From positions 66,816-130,815 of the forward strand of contig JBLFYM010000001.1 in assembly GCA_047608975.1 (NCBI GenBank): a stretch of 64,000 nt of DNA, given 5' to 3'. Below are positions 9,224 to 18,409 of this stretch, piece by piece (position 1 is the stretch's first letter; every line of letters starts with the position of its first letter). A model generated the notes under the pieces. It saw only the letters and a list, made by a program, of their open reading frames with translations. It was not told the DNA's origin and did not search any database. The DNA comes from Limisphaerales bacterium. GTDB lineage: Bacteria; Verrucomicrobiota; Verrucomicrobiia; Limisphaerales; JAYPXF01. A program made the position numbers and the translations under genes.

Positions 9224-12200
9224 ATGAACAAATCCAAAACTCAACTCTGCCTGGTTCTCTCCCTTGTGCTGACCGGTTCGGCAGTGGCCGCGGAATTGCC
9301 GGCGTCGCATGGTTCTCCGGTCGACTTTGAGCGGGAGATCGCCCCGATCTTTGGCAAGCATTGTCTGGAGTGCCACGGTGCAAAAAAGCAGAAAGGCGGA
9401 TTGCGCTTGGACGTGGGATCGCTCGCCTTGGCGGGTGGCGATGAAGGAAAAGTAATTGTCCCGGGGAACAGCGCGGCGAGCAAGCTGGTCGAACTGGTGA
9501 CGGGACTGAAAGAGGACGTCATGCCGCCCAAAGGGGAGCGGCTTGATGCAGTTCAGATTGCGAAGCTGCGCCGGTGGATCGACGACGGCGCGAAGTGGCC
9601 CGAGTCTGGGCACGCAGTCACCGTCAAATCGGATCATTGGGCGTTCCAGAAACCGGCTCGTCCGGTGGTGCCAATTTTGCCGGAGAACTCGTCCGCGAAT
9701 GCAATTGACGCGTTTGTGTTACGTAAGCTCGAGGAGGCTGGGATTGCCCCTTCACCAACTGCTGATCGCAGCACATTGATCCGCCGACTTTCGCTGGATC
9801 TGATCGGGCTGCCGCCAACGCTCGGCGAAGTTGATCAGTTTCTCTCGGACTCTTCTCCAGAAGCGTATGAGCAGCTGGCAGATCGTCTGCTCGCGTCCTC
9901 CCACTTTGGTGAACGCTGGGGACGCCACTGGCTGGATCTGGCGCGCTACGCTGACAGTGATGGCTATGAGAAAGACCGGGCGCGTCCCTATGCCTATGTC
10001 TTCCGGGACTGGGTGATCAAGGCGATCAACGATGATCTGCCCTTTGATGAGTTCAGTATTCAACAACTGGCCGGCGATCTTTTGCCGGACGCTTCGATGG
10101 AGCAGAAGATTGCCACCGGGTTCCACCGTCAGACTTTGACGAACACGGAAGGGGGAACCGACAAGGAGGAGTTCCGCTGCAAATCCGTCGTTGATCGGGT
10201 GAGCACAACCGCGACCACCTGGCTGGGCGTGACGATTGGCTGTGCCGAATGTCATTCGCACAAGTATGATCCCTTCACCCAGCGCGAGTTCTACCAGTTC
10301 TTCGCCTTCTTCAATGATGCTTCGGAAAAGAACATCCCCGCCCCACAGACTGATGAACTGAAGCGATATGAATCGGCGTTGAAGAAATGGCAGGGTGAAG
10401 TCGCAACGCACCAGGCGGCCTTGGGTAAGTATGAGACCAATGATCTGCCAAAAGCCTTCGCGGGGTGGGCAAATAAGACGACCGCCCCGAAGACTCGATG
10501 GCGCATTCTGAAACCTTCAAAAGTGACCTCTGCAAATGGCGCCACTCTGAAGGCGGACAAGGCAAACGTGGTGCTTTCGTCAGGTAAGAATCCCGGGGCC
10601 GACACGTATTCCGTCGAAGCCATGCCAACGTTGAAATCGATCCGGGGCATTCGCCTGGAGGCGATCGACGATCCGAGTTCGAAGAAAGGTCCTGGGCGCT
10701 CTTCAGATGGGAACTTTGTTCTGACACGATTCGCGCTGGAGCTGGTTCTCCCCGAAGGCAAGACCCAGAAGGTGGTTCTGCAGAATCCCAAAGCCAACTT
10801 CTCGCAGAGTAAGTTCGACGTGAAGTCGAGTATTCTCGGAAAAGCCAGCACGGGCTGGGCGGTCTCGCCGCGAAAGAATGAGAACCATGTGGCGGTCTAT
10901 GAGACGAAAGGGGCCGTCGCCATTCCAGAGGGAGCCACCCTTAGATTCACGCTGGAACACAAATACAAGACGACCTTTTTGCTGCAACGTTTTCGCTTGT
11001 CCGTGACGGATTCAGCGGCGCCTTTCATTCCCATCCGGTTTAATGACAAGATGTCATTGGCGTTGGCCAAGGCGCCGGCCAAACGGAGCAAGTCGGATCG
11101 TAAGCTGTTGTTGGCATACTTTCGCGACTCGATCGACAAGCCGCATGCGGCATTGAAAAAGAAGGTCGGCGATCATACTGCCAAAAAGCCGAAGTATCCC
11201 CCGACCTTCGCGGCCGCGATCGTGCGCGAAGCAAAAGGTCGGCAGACGCAGATTCACAAACGGGGCAATTTCATGGACAAGGGGGACAAGGTGGATCCGA
11301 TGACGCCCGCAGTGTTGCATCCGCTCAAGCCGCGCGATAAACGCGCGGATCGATTGGATTTGGCCCGGTGGCTGTTTGCCGCTGACAACCCGCTGACCGG
11401 GCGGGTCTCGGTGAATCACGTCTGGAAGCATCTGTTCGGGAGGGGACTGGTGAATACCGTGGATGATTTCGGGACGCGCGGTGAGTCACCGTCCCATCCG
11501 GAGTTGCTCGATTGGTTGGCCACCGAGTTCCCACGACTGGGCTGGAGTCGCAAGGCACTCATCAAGACGATTGTGATGTCCGCCACCTACCGTCAATCCT
11601 CGCAGCAGCGGCCGGAATTGCTGGAGCGCGATCCGCGGAATGTTTTGCTCGCCCGTCAAAGCCGTCTTCGTTTGTCCGCGGAAGTGGTAAGGGACTCGTA
11701 TCTCGCCGCCAGCGGGTTGCTGACACGGAAGATTGGTGGTCCGAGCATTCGCCCACCGCTGCCGAAGGACATCGCCGCGCTGGGATACGCGAACAGCGTC
11801 AAATGGGCCGAGAGCAAGGGCGCGGAGAAATATCGGCGCGGACTCTACATATTCTTCCAACGTTCCGTTCCCTATCCCATGTTGCTCACCTTTGACGCGC
11901 CGGATTCCACTTCGATCTGCACCGCACGCGAACGGTCAAATACACCTCTGCAGGCGCTGACACTTCTGAACGATCCGGTGTTCTTCGAATGTGCGCGGGC
12001 GCTGGGCAAACGGATCGATTCAGAAATTGATTCAGCCGACCACGTCGCAAAGCTTCGTCACGGCTTCAAGCTCTGCACTGCACGGGAACCGTCGGCGGCT
12101 GAGTTGGCTCGACTTGAACAGATGTTTGACCGCCAACTTTCACTGACCAAATCGAATCCAGAATTGGCCGCCCTGGCGCTGGGGGAGAAACCGACCGCAG

Positions 12201-12280
12201 CGAATCTGGCTGAGCGTGCGACCCTCGTTGCCTTGAGTCGGGTGATGCTCAACCTGGATGAATTTATTACCCGTGAGTAA
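9224..12280 (+). CDS. PSCyt1/PSCyt2(DUF1549)/PSD1(DUF1553) domain protein
   Basis: ORF 9122..12280. ATG 9224 gives the signal MNKSKTQLCLVLSLVLTGSAVAAE. Planctomycete cytochrome C motif FGKHCLECHGAKKQKGGLRLD. DUF1549-like NAIDAFVLRKLEEAGIAPSP...RRLSLDLIGLPPT. DUF1553-like NPLTGRVSVNHVWKHLFGRGLV and LTFDAPDSTSICTARERSNTPLQAL. Confidence 0.9.
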   Translation: MNKSKTQLCLVLSLVLTGSAVAAELPASHGSPVDFEREIAPIFGKHCLECHGAKKQKGGLRLDVGSLALAGGDEGKVIVPGNSAASKLVELVTGLKEDVMPPKGERLDAVQIAKLRRWIDDGAKWPESGHAVTVKSDHWAFQKPARPVVPILPENSSANAIDAFVLRKLEEAGIAPSPTADRSTLIRRLSLDLIGLPPTLGEVDQFLSDSSPEAYEQLADRLLASSHFGERWGRHWLDLARYADSDGYEKDRARPYAYVFRDWVIKAINDDLPFDEFSIQQLAGDLLPDASMEQKIATGFHRQTLTNTEGGTDKEEFRCKSVVDRVSTTATTWLGVTIGCAECHSHKYDPFTQREFYQFFAFFNDASEKNIPAPQTDELKRYESALKKWQGEVATHQAALGKYETNDLPKAFAGWANKTTAPKTRWRILKPSKVTSANGATLKADKANVVLSSGKNPGADTYSVEAMPTLKSIRGIRLEAIDDPSSKKGPGRSSDGNFVLTRFALELVLPEGKTQKVVLQNPKANFSQSKFDVKSSILGKASTGWAVSPRKNENHVAVYETKGAVAIPEGATLRFTLEHKYKTTFLLQRFRLSVTDSAAPFIPIRFNDKMSLALAKAPAKRSKSDRKLLLAYFRDSIDKPHAALKKKVGDHTAKKPKYPPTFAAAIVREAKGRQTQIHKRGNFMDKGDKVDPMTPAVLHPLKPRDKRADRLDLARWLFAADNPLTGRVSVNHVWKHLFGRGLVNTVDDFGTRGESPSHPELLDWLATEFPRLGWSRKALIKTIVMSATYRQSSQQRPELLERDPRNVLLARQSRLRLSAEVVRDSYLAASGLLTRKIGGPSIRPPLPKDIAALGYANSVKWAESKGAEKYRRGLYIFFQRSVPYPMLLTFDAPDSTSICTARERSNTPLQALTLLNDPVFFECARALGKRIDSEIDSADHVAKLRHGFKLCTAREPSAAELARLEQMFDRQLSLTKSNPELAALALGEKPTAANLAERATLVALSRVMLNLDEFITRE

Positions 12281-12283
12281 GCC

Positions 12284-13771
12284 ATGAATCCGAATATCTC
12301 TCCGCAGGAAACCATCGATCTCACGCGCCGCGACTTTCTCGCGACCACCGGCATGGGCACGCTTGCCTTGGCCAATCTGTTGCTCAAGGACGGGCTTATC
12401 GCTCCGGGCGCGATGGCAGCGGGCCGGTCGGATCCGCTCGCGCCGCGGCAACCGCATCTCCCCCCGAAAGCGAAGAACTGTATCCTGATCTATTTCGAAG
12501 GTGCGCCGAGTCACGTGGATCTCTTTGATCCAAAGCCGAAGTTGAACGAGATGGATGGCAAAGCCTTGCCGGATGAGATGTTGGAGAAAGTGCGCTTCGC
12601 GTTCATCAAAAAGGAAAGTGTCCGCCTGATGGGCTCGCCGCGGAAGTTTACGAAGTATGGGCAGTGCGGCATGGATCTCAGTGACTTGCTGCCGCATCTC
12701 GGTGGCGTGGCGGATGAGATTGCCTGGCTGCGGGGAATGCATACGACTCAGTTCAACCATCATCCCGGCCAGTTGCTGATGAATAGTGGTTCGCCGCTCT
12801 TTGGTCGGCCGACGATGGGTGCGTGGTTAAACTACGGATTGGGGAGTGAGTCCGAAGATTTGCCGGGTTACGTGGTGCTGACCGCCGGACGAGGATCGAG
12901 TGGCGGATCGAGTGCCTGGTCGAGTGGCTTCTTGCCGACGAGTTATGCCGGTGTGCTGTTTCGCAATAGCGGTGATCCGGTACTGAATCTCTCCAACCCG
13001 CCGGGATTCACGAAGGAGATGCAGCATCTCGGTTTGGATGCGATTGGTGATCTGAACAAGCTCCGCTTCAAGCACGTCGCCGACCCCGAGATCTCATCGC
13101 GGATTGCGGCTTACGAATTGGCGGGGAGGATGCAGGCGTCGGCTCCAGAACTGATGGATCTGTCCGGTGAATCCGAGACGACCAAGGAAGCCTACGGTCT
13201 CAACCGCACGACGCCGAACACCAAGAACCGGGGTGGGGGAGCCGGGACTTACGAAACCTTCGCGCGCAACTGCCTACTCGCGCGCCGACTGGTTGAACGC
13301 GGCACGCGCTGCGTGACTCTGCTGCACGCCTCATGGGATCACCATAGCAACCTCGATAACGAACTGCCGTTCTGCGCGGGAATGTGCGATCAGCCAATTG
13401 CCGCCCTCATCAACGATCTCAAGATGCGCGGAATGCTGGATGAGACCATGGTGATTTGGGCTTCAGAATTTGGCCGTACGCCGCTGGGTGAGAATCGGAG
13501 CACTCGCGGGGGCGTCACCGGGCGCGATCATCATCCGTATGCGTTCACGACCTGGGCGGCAGGCGGTGGGCTCAAGGGTGGTGAGATCGTCGGTGAAACG
13601 GACGATCTGGGTTGGGGCGTCACGAAGGATCCGATCACGCCTCACGATCTTCATGCGACCGTACTGAATCAGTTTGGGTTCAACGCCGAGGAACTGACGT
13701 ATCGGTTTCAGGGGTTGGACTTCCGTCTGACCGGATTCGAAGGCGCGAATATCATCAAACAGATTGTTTGA
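12284..13771 (+). CDS. DUF1501 domain protein (sulfatase-like fold) with twin-arginine signal
   Basis: RRDFLATTGMGTLALA; ILIYFEGAPSHVDLFDPKP; WDHHSNL; WASEFGRTP; GRDHHP. It starts 3 nt after the stop of 9224..12280, the classic DUF1553/DUF1501 pair. Confidence 0.9.
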   Translation: MNPNISPQETIDLTRRDFLATTGMGTLALANLLLKDGLIAPGAMAAGRSDPLAPRQPHLPPKAKNCILIYFEGAPSHVDLFDPKPKLNEMDGKALPDEMLEKVRFAFIKKESVRLMGSPRKFTKYGQCGMDLSDLLPHLGGVADEIAWLRGMHTTQFNHHPGQLLMNSGSPLFGRPTMGAWLNYGLGSESEDLPGYVVLTAGRGSSGGSSAWSSGFLPTSYAGVLFRNSGDPVLNLSNPPGFTKEMQHLGLDAIGDLNKLRFKHVADPEISSRIAAYELAGRMQASAPELMDLSGESETTKEAYGLNRTTPNTKNRGGGAGTYETFARNCLLARRLVERGTRCVTLLHASWDHHSNLDNELPFCAGMCDQPIAALINDLKMRGMLDETMVIWASEFGRTPLGENRSTRGGVTGRDHHPYAFTTWAAGGGLKGGEIVGETDDLGWGVTKDPITPHDLHATVLNQFGFNAEELTYRFQGLDFRLTGFEGANIIKQIV

Positions 13772-13808
13772 TGACGATCAGAGGGACTCTGGCTTCCAGA
13801 ATTGGCAG

Positions 13809-14228
13809 TTACCTTCGTTCGTTCGCGTAGCTCTCAAACTTCTCACGGATCTCATCGCGAACCCGCCGGAAACACGCCCTCGTTTCCTGTTCGTTTCCTT
13901 CGAACTTCGCCGGGTCGTCGAAGGGCCAGTGAAAGCGGTTTACCTGGCCGGGATACACCGGGCAGGCCTGGTCAGCGTTTCCGCAGACCGTGATCACTGT
14001 GTCGATCTCCTGATCCAGAAACTCGTTCATGTGCTTGGAACTGTGCGCACTGATATCGATATCGATTTCCTTTAGTGCTTCGATAGCCATGGGATGAACG
14101 TAGCCGGCAGGATTTGAGCCGGCGCTATGCACGTCGAGAAAACCTTCGCCAGCCTGGCGCAGAATCCCTTCGGCCATGTGGCTGCGACAGGAGTTTCCAG
14201 TGCAGAGAATCAGAACTTTAGGCAGCAT
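13809..14228 (-). CDS. arsC: arsenate reductase, LMW-PTPase / thioredoxin-coupled type
   Basis: P-loop ILCTGNSCRSHMAEG plus VITVCGNADQACPVYPG. 139 aa. Confidence 0.8.
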   Translation of the reverse strand: MLPKVLILCTGNSCRSHMAEGILRQAGEGFLDVHSAGSNPAGYVHPMAIEALKEIDIDISAHSSKHMNEFLDQEIDTVITVCGNADQACPVYPGQVNRFHWPFDDPAKFEGNEQETRACFRRVRDEIREKFESYANERR

Positions 14229-14282
14229 GCGTGAGCTTGAAATGTCGATCTCGGTTTGGCCAGCCGGAAGCGGAGTTGAGGC

Positions 14283-14341
14283 GAAACTCCAAACTCCAGT
14301 GGAGAACGCGCGGAAAGTCTCGGATTGGAGATTGGAGCTTT
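14283..14341. repeat. CTCCAA / TTGGAG inverted-unit intergenic element
   Basis: GAAACTCCAAACTCCAG (14283-14299), central GGAGAACGCGCGGAAAGTCTC, then GGATTGGAGATTGGAGCTTT (14322-14341). The left arm matches 54100-54116 at 15 of 17 positions. Confidence 0.5.
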
Positions 14342-14360
14342 AAACCCGCCCCGACATTCG

Positions 14361-15482
14361 TCAGTTCTCCCGCATATAGAGCTGCGCATTCTCCGCCTTT
14401 TCGGCGTGGGAAGTGCCGGGGTAGCGACGGATGATGCGATCGAGGGTTAGTCGGGCGGCGTCCGTGTCGCGCGCCACCCGGGATTGCCAGTCGGCGATCA
14501 TGTGAAGCCAGCGGCAGCAGTCATCCTTGGTGGTGCCGCGACCTCCGATCATCTTTTCCACTTCATCGATGGCGCAGGGGAGGTTGTTGTAATGCTCGAG
14601 ATAGATGAGTGCGAGCTGCTCCCGGGTATCCCAATCGTTCGGATGCTCGTTGAGGTGAGCGGTGAACTGCTCGGCCTGTTCTTCCGGATCGATCTGTTCG
14701 CGCTGGATCTGAACGGTTCCACCTTTCAACCCGATGTCTCGTTCGTATTCTGGCAGGACCTTTCCCTTCGGTTGATCTGCTGCTTCGAGCGTTTCACGAT
14801 CCACCATCTTCGCGATCCGTTGTTCGGCGCTGATGGCGGCTTTGCTGCCGTAGGCCTTTTCAACAATCTGTTCCAGGCATTCGACCGCCGCGTCCGGATC
14901 CTTGCCATACTTCAAATGCCAGTCCACCAGAGTGTTTAGTGCGTAGATCATTTGTTTTTTACTCACCTTGCGTTTACGGGCGACCACGCTTTGGATGAGG
15001 GCAGCGGCGACGGGAAGCTGGTCCATGTCTTCGGCCTGGATGCTGGCGATGAGCATGTAGCAATCGAAGTCGTGTTTGAATTGTTTGAGCTGGGCCTGAG
15101 CTTCGTCGAGCGCTTCCTCGTAGCGTCCCTGCTTACGTAGGGCTTCGGCTTTGGAGAGGCGGGCGGTCTTATCAACTTTTCCGCCCCTGTCCATTCCGCT
15201 CGTGAAAATGTTGCTGAGCATTTCGGCTGTTTCACCTCCCCAAAGGAGCAGATAAAGAAGTGCGATGCCGATTGAGTAGAGCAACCCGTAAGGTGGCTTC
15301 TTTTGCGCCTTTATGAACCACATCGTCACGAACACGGTGAGACCTATTTTGATCAGGAAATGGAGTTTGTTGTCCGCGTTTAGAAACAGTTTGAGAAGCA
15401 CCCACGCGGCGAGCGTGTAGCCAGCGTAGGTGAGGGCCTGATCTTGGGTGATCTTGGCAAGTAGGAGGGACTCAGGTGACAT
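14361..15482 (-). CDS. membrane protein with N-terminal TM helices and TPR-like helical repeats (hypothetical)
   Basis: 373-aa ORF. Hydrophobic segments: YAGYTLAAWVLLKLFL, IKIGLTVFVTMWFI, LLYSIGIALLYLLLWG. TPR-like helices: AEALRKQGRYEEALDEAQAQL, and C-terminal LTLDRIIRRYPGTSHAEKA. Confidence 0.55.
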   Translation of the reverse strand: MSPESLLLAKITQDQALTYAGYTLAAWVLLKLFLNADNKLHFLIKIGLTVFVTMWFIKAQKKPPYGLLYSIGIALLYLLLWGGETAEMLSNIFTSGMDRGGKVDKTARLSKAEALRKQGRYEEALDEAQAQLKQFKHDFDCYMLIASIQAEDMDQLPVAAALIQSVVARKRKVSKKQMIYALNTLVDWHLKYGKDPDAAVECLEQIVEKAYGSKAAISAEQRIAKMVDRETLEAADQPKGKVLPEYERDIGLKGGTVQIQREQIDPEEQAEQFTAHLNEHPNDWDTREQLALIYLEHYNNLPCAIDEVEKMIGGRGTTKDDCCRWLHMIADWQSRVARDTDAARLTLDRIIRRYPGTSHAEKAENAQLYMREN

Positions 15483-15555
15483 TGACCAGTGGGTTAAACC
15501 GAGAAATATCGGCGAGGTCGAGTTCGATCGCCGGATTCTTCAGATGCCGGGGTAC

Positions 15556-15601
15556 AAAAAAACCGGGGCAGCCAGTCTGAGGAAGACTGCAACCGCCCCG
15601 G
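15556..15601 (-). terminator. rho-independent terminator-like hairpin (minus strand)
   Basis: Minus-strand sense: CCGGGGCGGTTGCAGTC-TTCCTCA-GACTGGCTGCCCCGG followed by TTTTTTT (the A7 run at 15556-15562 on the plus strand). It lies about 75 nt upstream of the start of 14361..15482 and about 265 nt downstream of the stop of 15865..16161. Confidence 0.55.
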
Positions 15602-15864
15602 GGAGGTTTCAGAAACGAGGCACACATGTAGGATAGGAGGGTTCCCCGGAGTGGACTGTGCCGACCCAAACCGGAAAGTGAAACAGCCTCAAAAGAGCGT
15701 AATGCGCTTCATCGGCCAAATTCGTATCCTGCGATGGGATGAATAGACAACGGATTCTAATAAACGTCAAGTGTGATTATGAAATATTAATAAATGTAAT
15801 CTTCCTGTAACATTTCGAGGCTCCGGTAGACGTCTCTTAAGTTGTTGATATTGAGTGATTTAGG

Positions 15865-16161
15865 TCAATCTCCGAACAATCGTTTTAGTTCGTCGCGCGC
15901 TTTGGATGCGCGATCATCTCCAGTGGCGGCTCCCTTAAACTCACGTTTCGCCAACTCGAACCACTCGCAAAACGTGCCCATGTTCTTTTCCTGAACCGGT
16001 TCCGCCCGGCGATCCCGGCACTGTTGGGCGATGTTCGGGTCGTAGTTCAGGCAGTTCAGACAGACCCGGAGGTCGCTACGGCAGCTTGGGCACTGTTCGC
16101 CGCGACCGGGTTGTCCGCTGATCGTCCATTCGGTTCCACATTTCCAGCAATGTCGATTCAT
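15865..16161 (-). CDS. small zinc-ribbon protein (hypothetical)
   Basis: 98 aa with three CxxC pairs: CWKC, CPSC, CLNC. Confidence 0.55.
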   Translation of the reverse strand: MNRHCWKCGTEWTISGQPGRGEQCPSCRSDLRVCLNCLNYDPNIAQQCRDRRAEPVQEKNMGTFCEWFELAKREFKGAATGDDRASKARDELKRLFGD

Positions 16162-16286
16162 CGGGGGAGTTTAGCGAAGGTGAATGCGAGAGGCCACTTT
16201 GAGTTGGTTTATCAGTTCTGAGGCGGCCGCTGGACGGGTGAACAAGTTTTTCTTTCGACACCGATGTGGGGCGCGCAAAATCGGGG

Positions 16287-17192
16287 ATGGATTACTCGGA
16301 ACTTCTGGATGCGACGATCGATCATCTGGAGGAACAACAGGCGCGCGGGCAACGCTACGTCGATGTTGCGGACGCGACATTGGAGGCGCTCAATCGCCCG
16401 GTTCACAGTCCTGAGGCACCTGCTCGTCAGCAGAACACGGAGCGGGAGCGGCCGGGGGCGACGCGGCCGAGTTCGCGAGTTGGTTTCCAGCCGGCTCCGG
16501 TACCTCCCCCGGAGGTTCCCAAAGTTGATCTGTTCGTTTACGACCGGTCCAAGCCGCTTAGCCGGGAGGAAAAGGAGAATGCCATGGCAGATCTGCGCTC
16601 GCGCGCCATGCAATGCGTCAAATGTGACCAACTCGTTCGATCCCGTCAGAATGTCGTCTTTGGTGTCGGCAATATTCACACCGACCTGATGTTCATCGGA
16701 GAGGCTCCCGGGATGGATGAGGATCAGGCGGGTGAACCGTTTGTCGGTAAGGCCGGGCAACTGCTGAACAAGGTGCTTCAGACCATGGGATTGCAGCGGG
16801 AGAATATCTACATCGGCAATGTGCTCAAATGCCGCCCGGATACGCCCGGGCAGCGCTACGGAAATCGCAAACCCACACCGACGGAGATGAATACCTGCCT
16901 GCCCTATCTCCAAGCGCAGATTGATATCATCAGGCCCAAGGTGATTGTTTGTCTCGGGGGCACGGCGGTCGAAGGTCTGTTTGGCAAAGCCCAGACGGGT
17001 ATCATGAAATTGCGAGGGAACTGGATGACCTTCCGGGATATTCCCACCATGCCCACTTACCATCCTTCCTATCTTCTGCGCAATCAGGCGATCACCGAGA
17101 AGCGCAAACTTTGGGAAGACATGCTCCAGGTCATGGAGCGTCTGGAGATTTCAGTGACGGACAAACACCGCGGTTTCTTCTTGAAGGGCTGA
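16287..17192 (+). CDS. uracil-DNA glycosylase, family 4, with about 110-aa N-terminal extension
   Basis: ORF 16266..17192, ATG 16287. LMFIGEAPGMDEDQAGEPFVGKAGQLL, NVLKCRP, YHPSYLLRN, Cys cluster CVKC. Confidence 0.85.
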   Translation: MDYSELLDATIDHLEEQQARGQRYVDVADATLEALNRPVHSPEAPARQQNTERERPGATRPSSRVGFQPAPVPPPEVPKVDLFVYDRSKPLSREEKENAMADLRSRAMQCVKCDQLVRSRQNVVFGVGNIHTDLMFIGEAPGMDEDQAGEPFVGKAGQLLNKVLQTMGLQRENIYIGNVLKCRPDTPGQRYGNRKPTPTEMNTCLPYLQAQIDIIRPKVIVCLGGTAVEGLFGKAQTGIMKLRGNWMTFRDIPTMPTYHPSYLLRNQAITEKRKLWEDMLQVMERLEISVTDKHRGFFLKG

Positions 17193-17206
17193 GTCCCGAA
17201 GACAGT

Positions 17207-17692
17207 TTACGTTGGCGGTGGTTCGTCCTTGCCTTCGAACCACTGAGGGAATTCATGTTTTTGCATGCTGCCGAATTCCATCAGCTGGAGAACTTCGATT
17301 GCTTCCGCCAAGCCTGGATAGATGAAACCATACTCCTTCTGCATCGGTCCCCCTTTGGAGCCGTCATGCGTGGTGGTGTTGCCGTAGAGGAATTTGATCT
17401 GAGTGGGAATTTGATCGACAAGCGCGCTTTTGAATTTCAGGGCAGCACCCCGGCCGGAACAGTTTCGAAAAACGATGAGCGCGATGTCCGATTGGGTGAA
17501 TGAGAGAAGTCCGCGGTTTTCGGAGGCCAGATCTGCGATGAGTCCCAGTCTCTTTTGAAGTTGTTCAGGATCGAGTCCCAATACTTGGATCACCACAATC
17601 TCAACTTTGACCAGGCGTAGGGAGTCGTAGCCCGAGTCTGCCGCTGACGGTGATGATTTTCTCCCCAGAAGGTTCTTCAGAAACTCGATCAT
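17207..17692 (-). CDS. hypothetical protein
   Basis: 161-aa ORF lying convergent to the UDG gene. No motif I can name. Confidence 0.45.
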   Translation of the reverse strand: MIEFLKNLLGRKSSPSAADSGYDSLRLVKVEIVVIQVLGLDPEQLQKRLGLIADLASENRGLLSFTQSDIALIVFRNCSGRGAALKFKSALVDQIPTQIKFLYGNTTTHDGSKGGPMQKEYGFIYPGLAEAIEVLQLMEFGSMQKHEFPQWFEGKDEPPPT

Positions 17693-17775
17693 CCCGGCAG
17701 CAATATGCCTTTTCCGACCGGGACACGGCGAGCGCGAGTTTACATCGCTGACCGAGGCGGGTTAGGATCACGGCG

Positions 17776-18369
17776 ATGAAAGGGTTCAAGGCAATTGCCG
17801 CGATGTCGCGTAACCGGGTCATCGGTGATGGGAACACGATTCCCTGGCATTTGCCGGAAGATTTCAAATGGTTCAAACAGCAGACGACCGGTCACATCGT
17901 GCTGATGGGGCGAAAGACCTTTGAAAGTATTGGTCGACCGCTGCCAAACCGGAGAAACCTGGTGCTGACGCGGCATCCGAAAAAGCTGATTCACGATAAC
18001 GAAGGGATCTTTGGCCAGTTCAAGGAATGGCGGGGCGGCAAAGCGGTGGCGGAACATTTGAAGCGTCCCTATCAACTCTTCATTCCCAAGGTGAAGGCTC
18101 GTGGCGCGCAGGATCTGTTGGTGTTCAAATCAATGGAGTTCATCGATCCGGACGAATTCGAATGTGAGGTGTTTGTCGCGGGCGGTGCCCAGATTTATGA
18201 GCAGTTTCTGCCCCGCTGCACGGATCTTTACCTGACGGTGGTGAAACGCGAAGTGGCGGGAGATGCGTTATTCCCGGCGTTTGAGGACCAGTTTGAACTC
18301 GAGGCGATCCTGCGTGAGGAGGAGGAGTTCGAGATCCGTCATTATCGGAATTCGTCTTTGAACACCTGA
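17776..18369 (+). CDS. folA: dihydrofolate reductase (with internal insertion)
   Basis: AIAAMSRNRVIGDGNTIPWHLPEDFKWFKQQT, VLMGRKTFESIGRPLPNRRNLVLTR, VAGGAQIYEQFLP. Confidence 0.85.
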   Translation: MKGFKAIAAMSRNRVIGDGNTIPWHLPEDFKWFKQQTTGHIVLMGRKTFESIGRPLPNRRNLVLTRHPKKLIHDNEGIFGQFKEWRGGKAVAEHLKRPYQLFIPKVKARGAQDLLVFKSMEFIDPDEFECEVFVAGGAQIYEQFLPRCTDLYLTVVKREVAGDALFPAFEDQFELEAILREEEEFEIRHYRNSSLNT

Positions 18370-18409
18370 CGTCGGTTCTGTTTCTATTCCCCGGCGCTGC
18401 GCGCCATTA

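Noticed and set aside
15483-15775. Assigning the leader to a known RNA class (cobalamin, TPP or fluoride riboswitch, 6S, SRP, tmRNA)
   Set aside because: Only short chance-level similarities are present, for example CCACTGG near the start codon against the B12 box. No full consensus could be recognised by eye, so the class is left open.
16212-17063. 283-aa minus-strand ORF overlapping the UDG gene
   Set aside because: It is the antisense shadow of a gene with clear family-4 UDG motifs. Its own translation is Arg/Pro-rich with no recognisable motif.
17207-17692. 161-aa hypothetical protein as a degenerate nucleotidyl-cyclase-like domain
   Set aside because: The strand/helix pattern (VEIVVIQVLG..., IALIVF, IKFLYGNTTTHDGSKGG) is only vaguely reminiscent of that fold. 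The metal-binding Asp residues are not identifiable, and no claim can be made without a profile or structure search.
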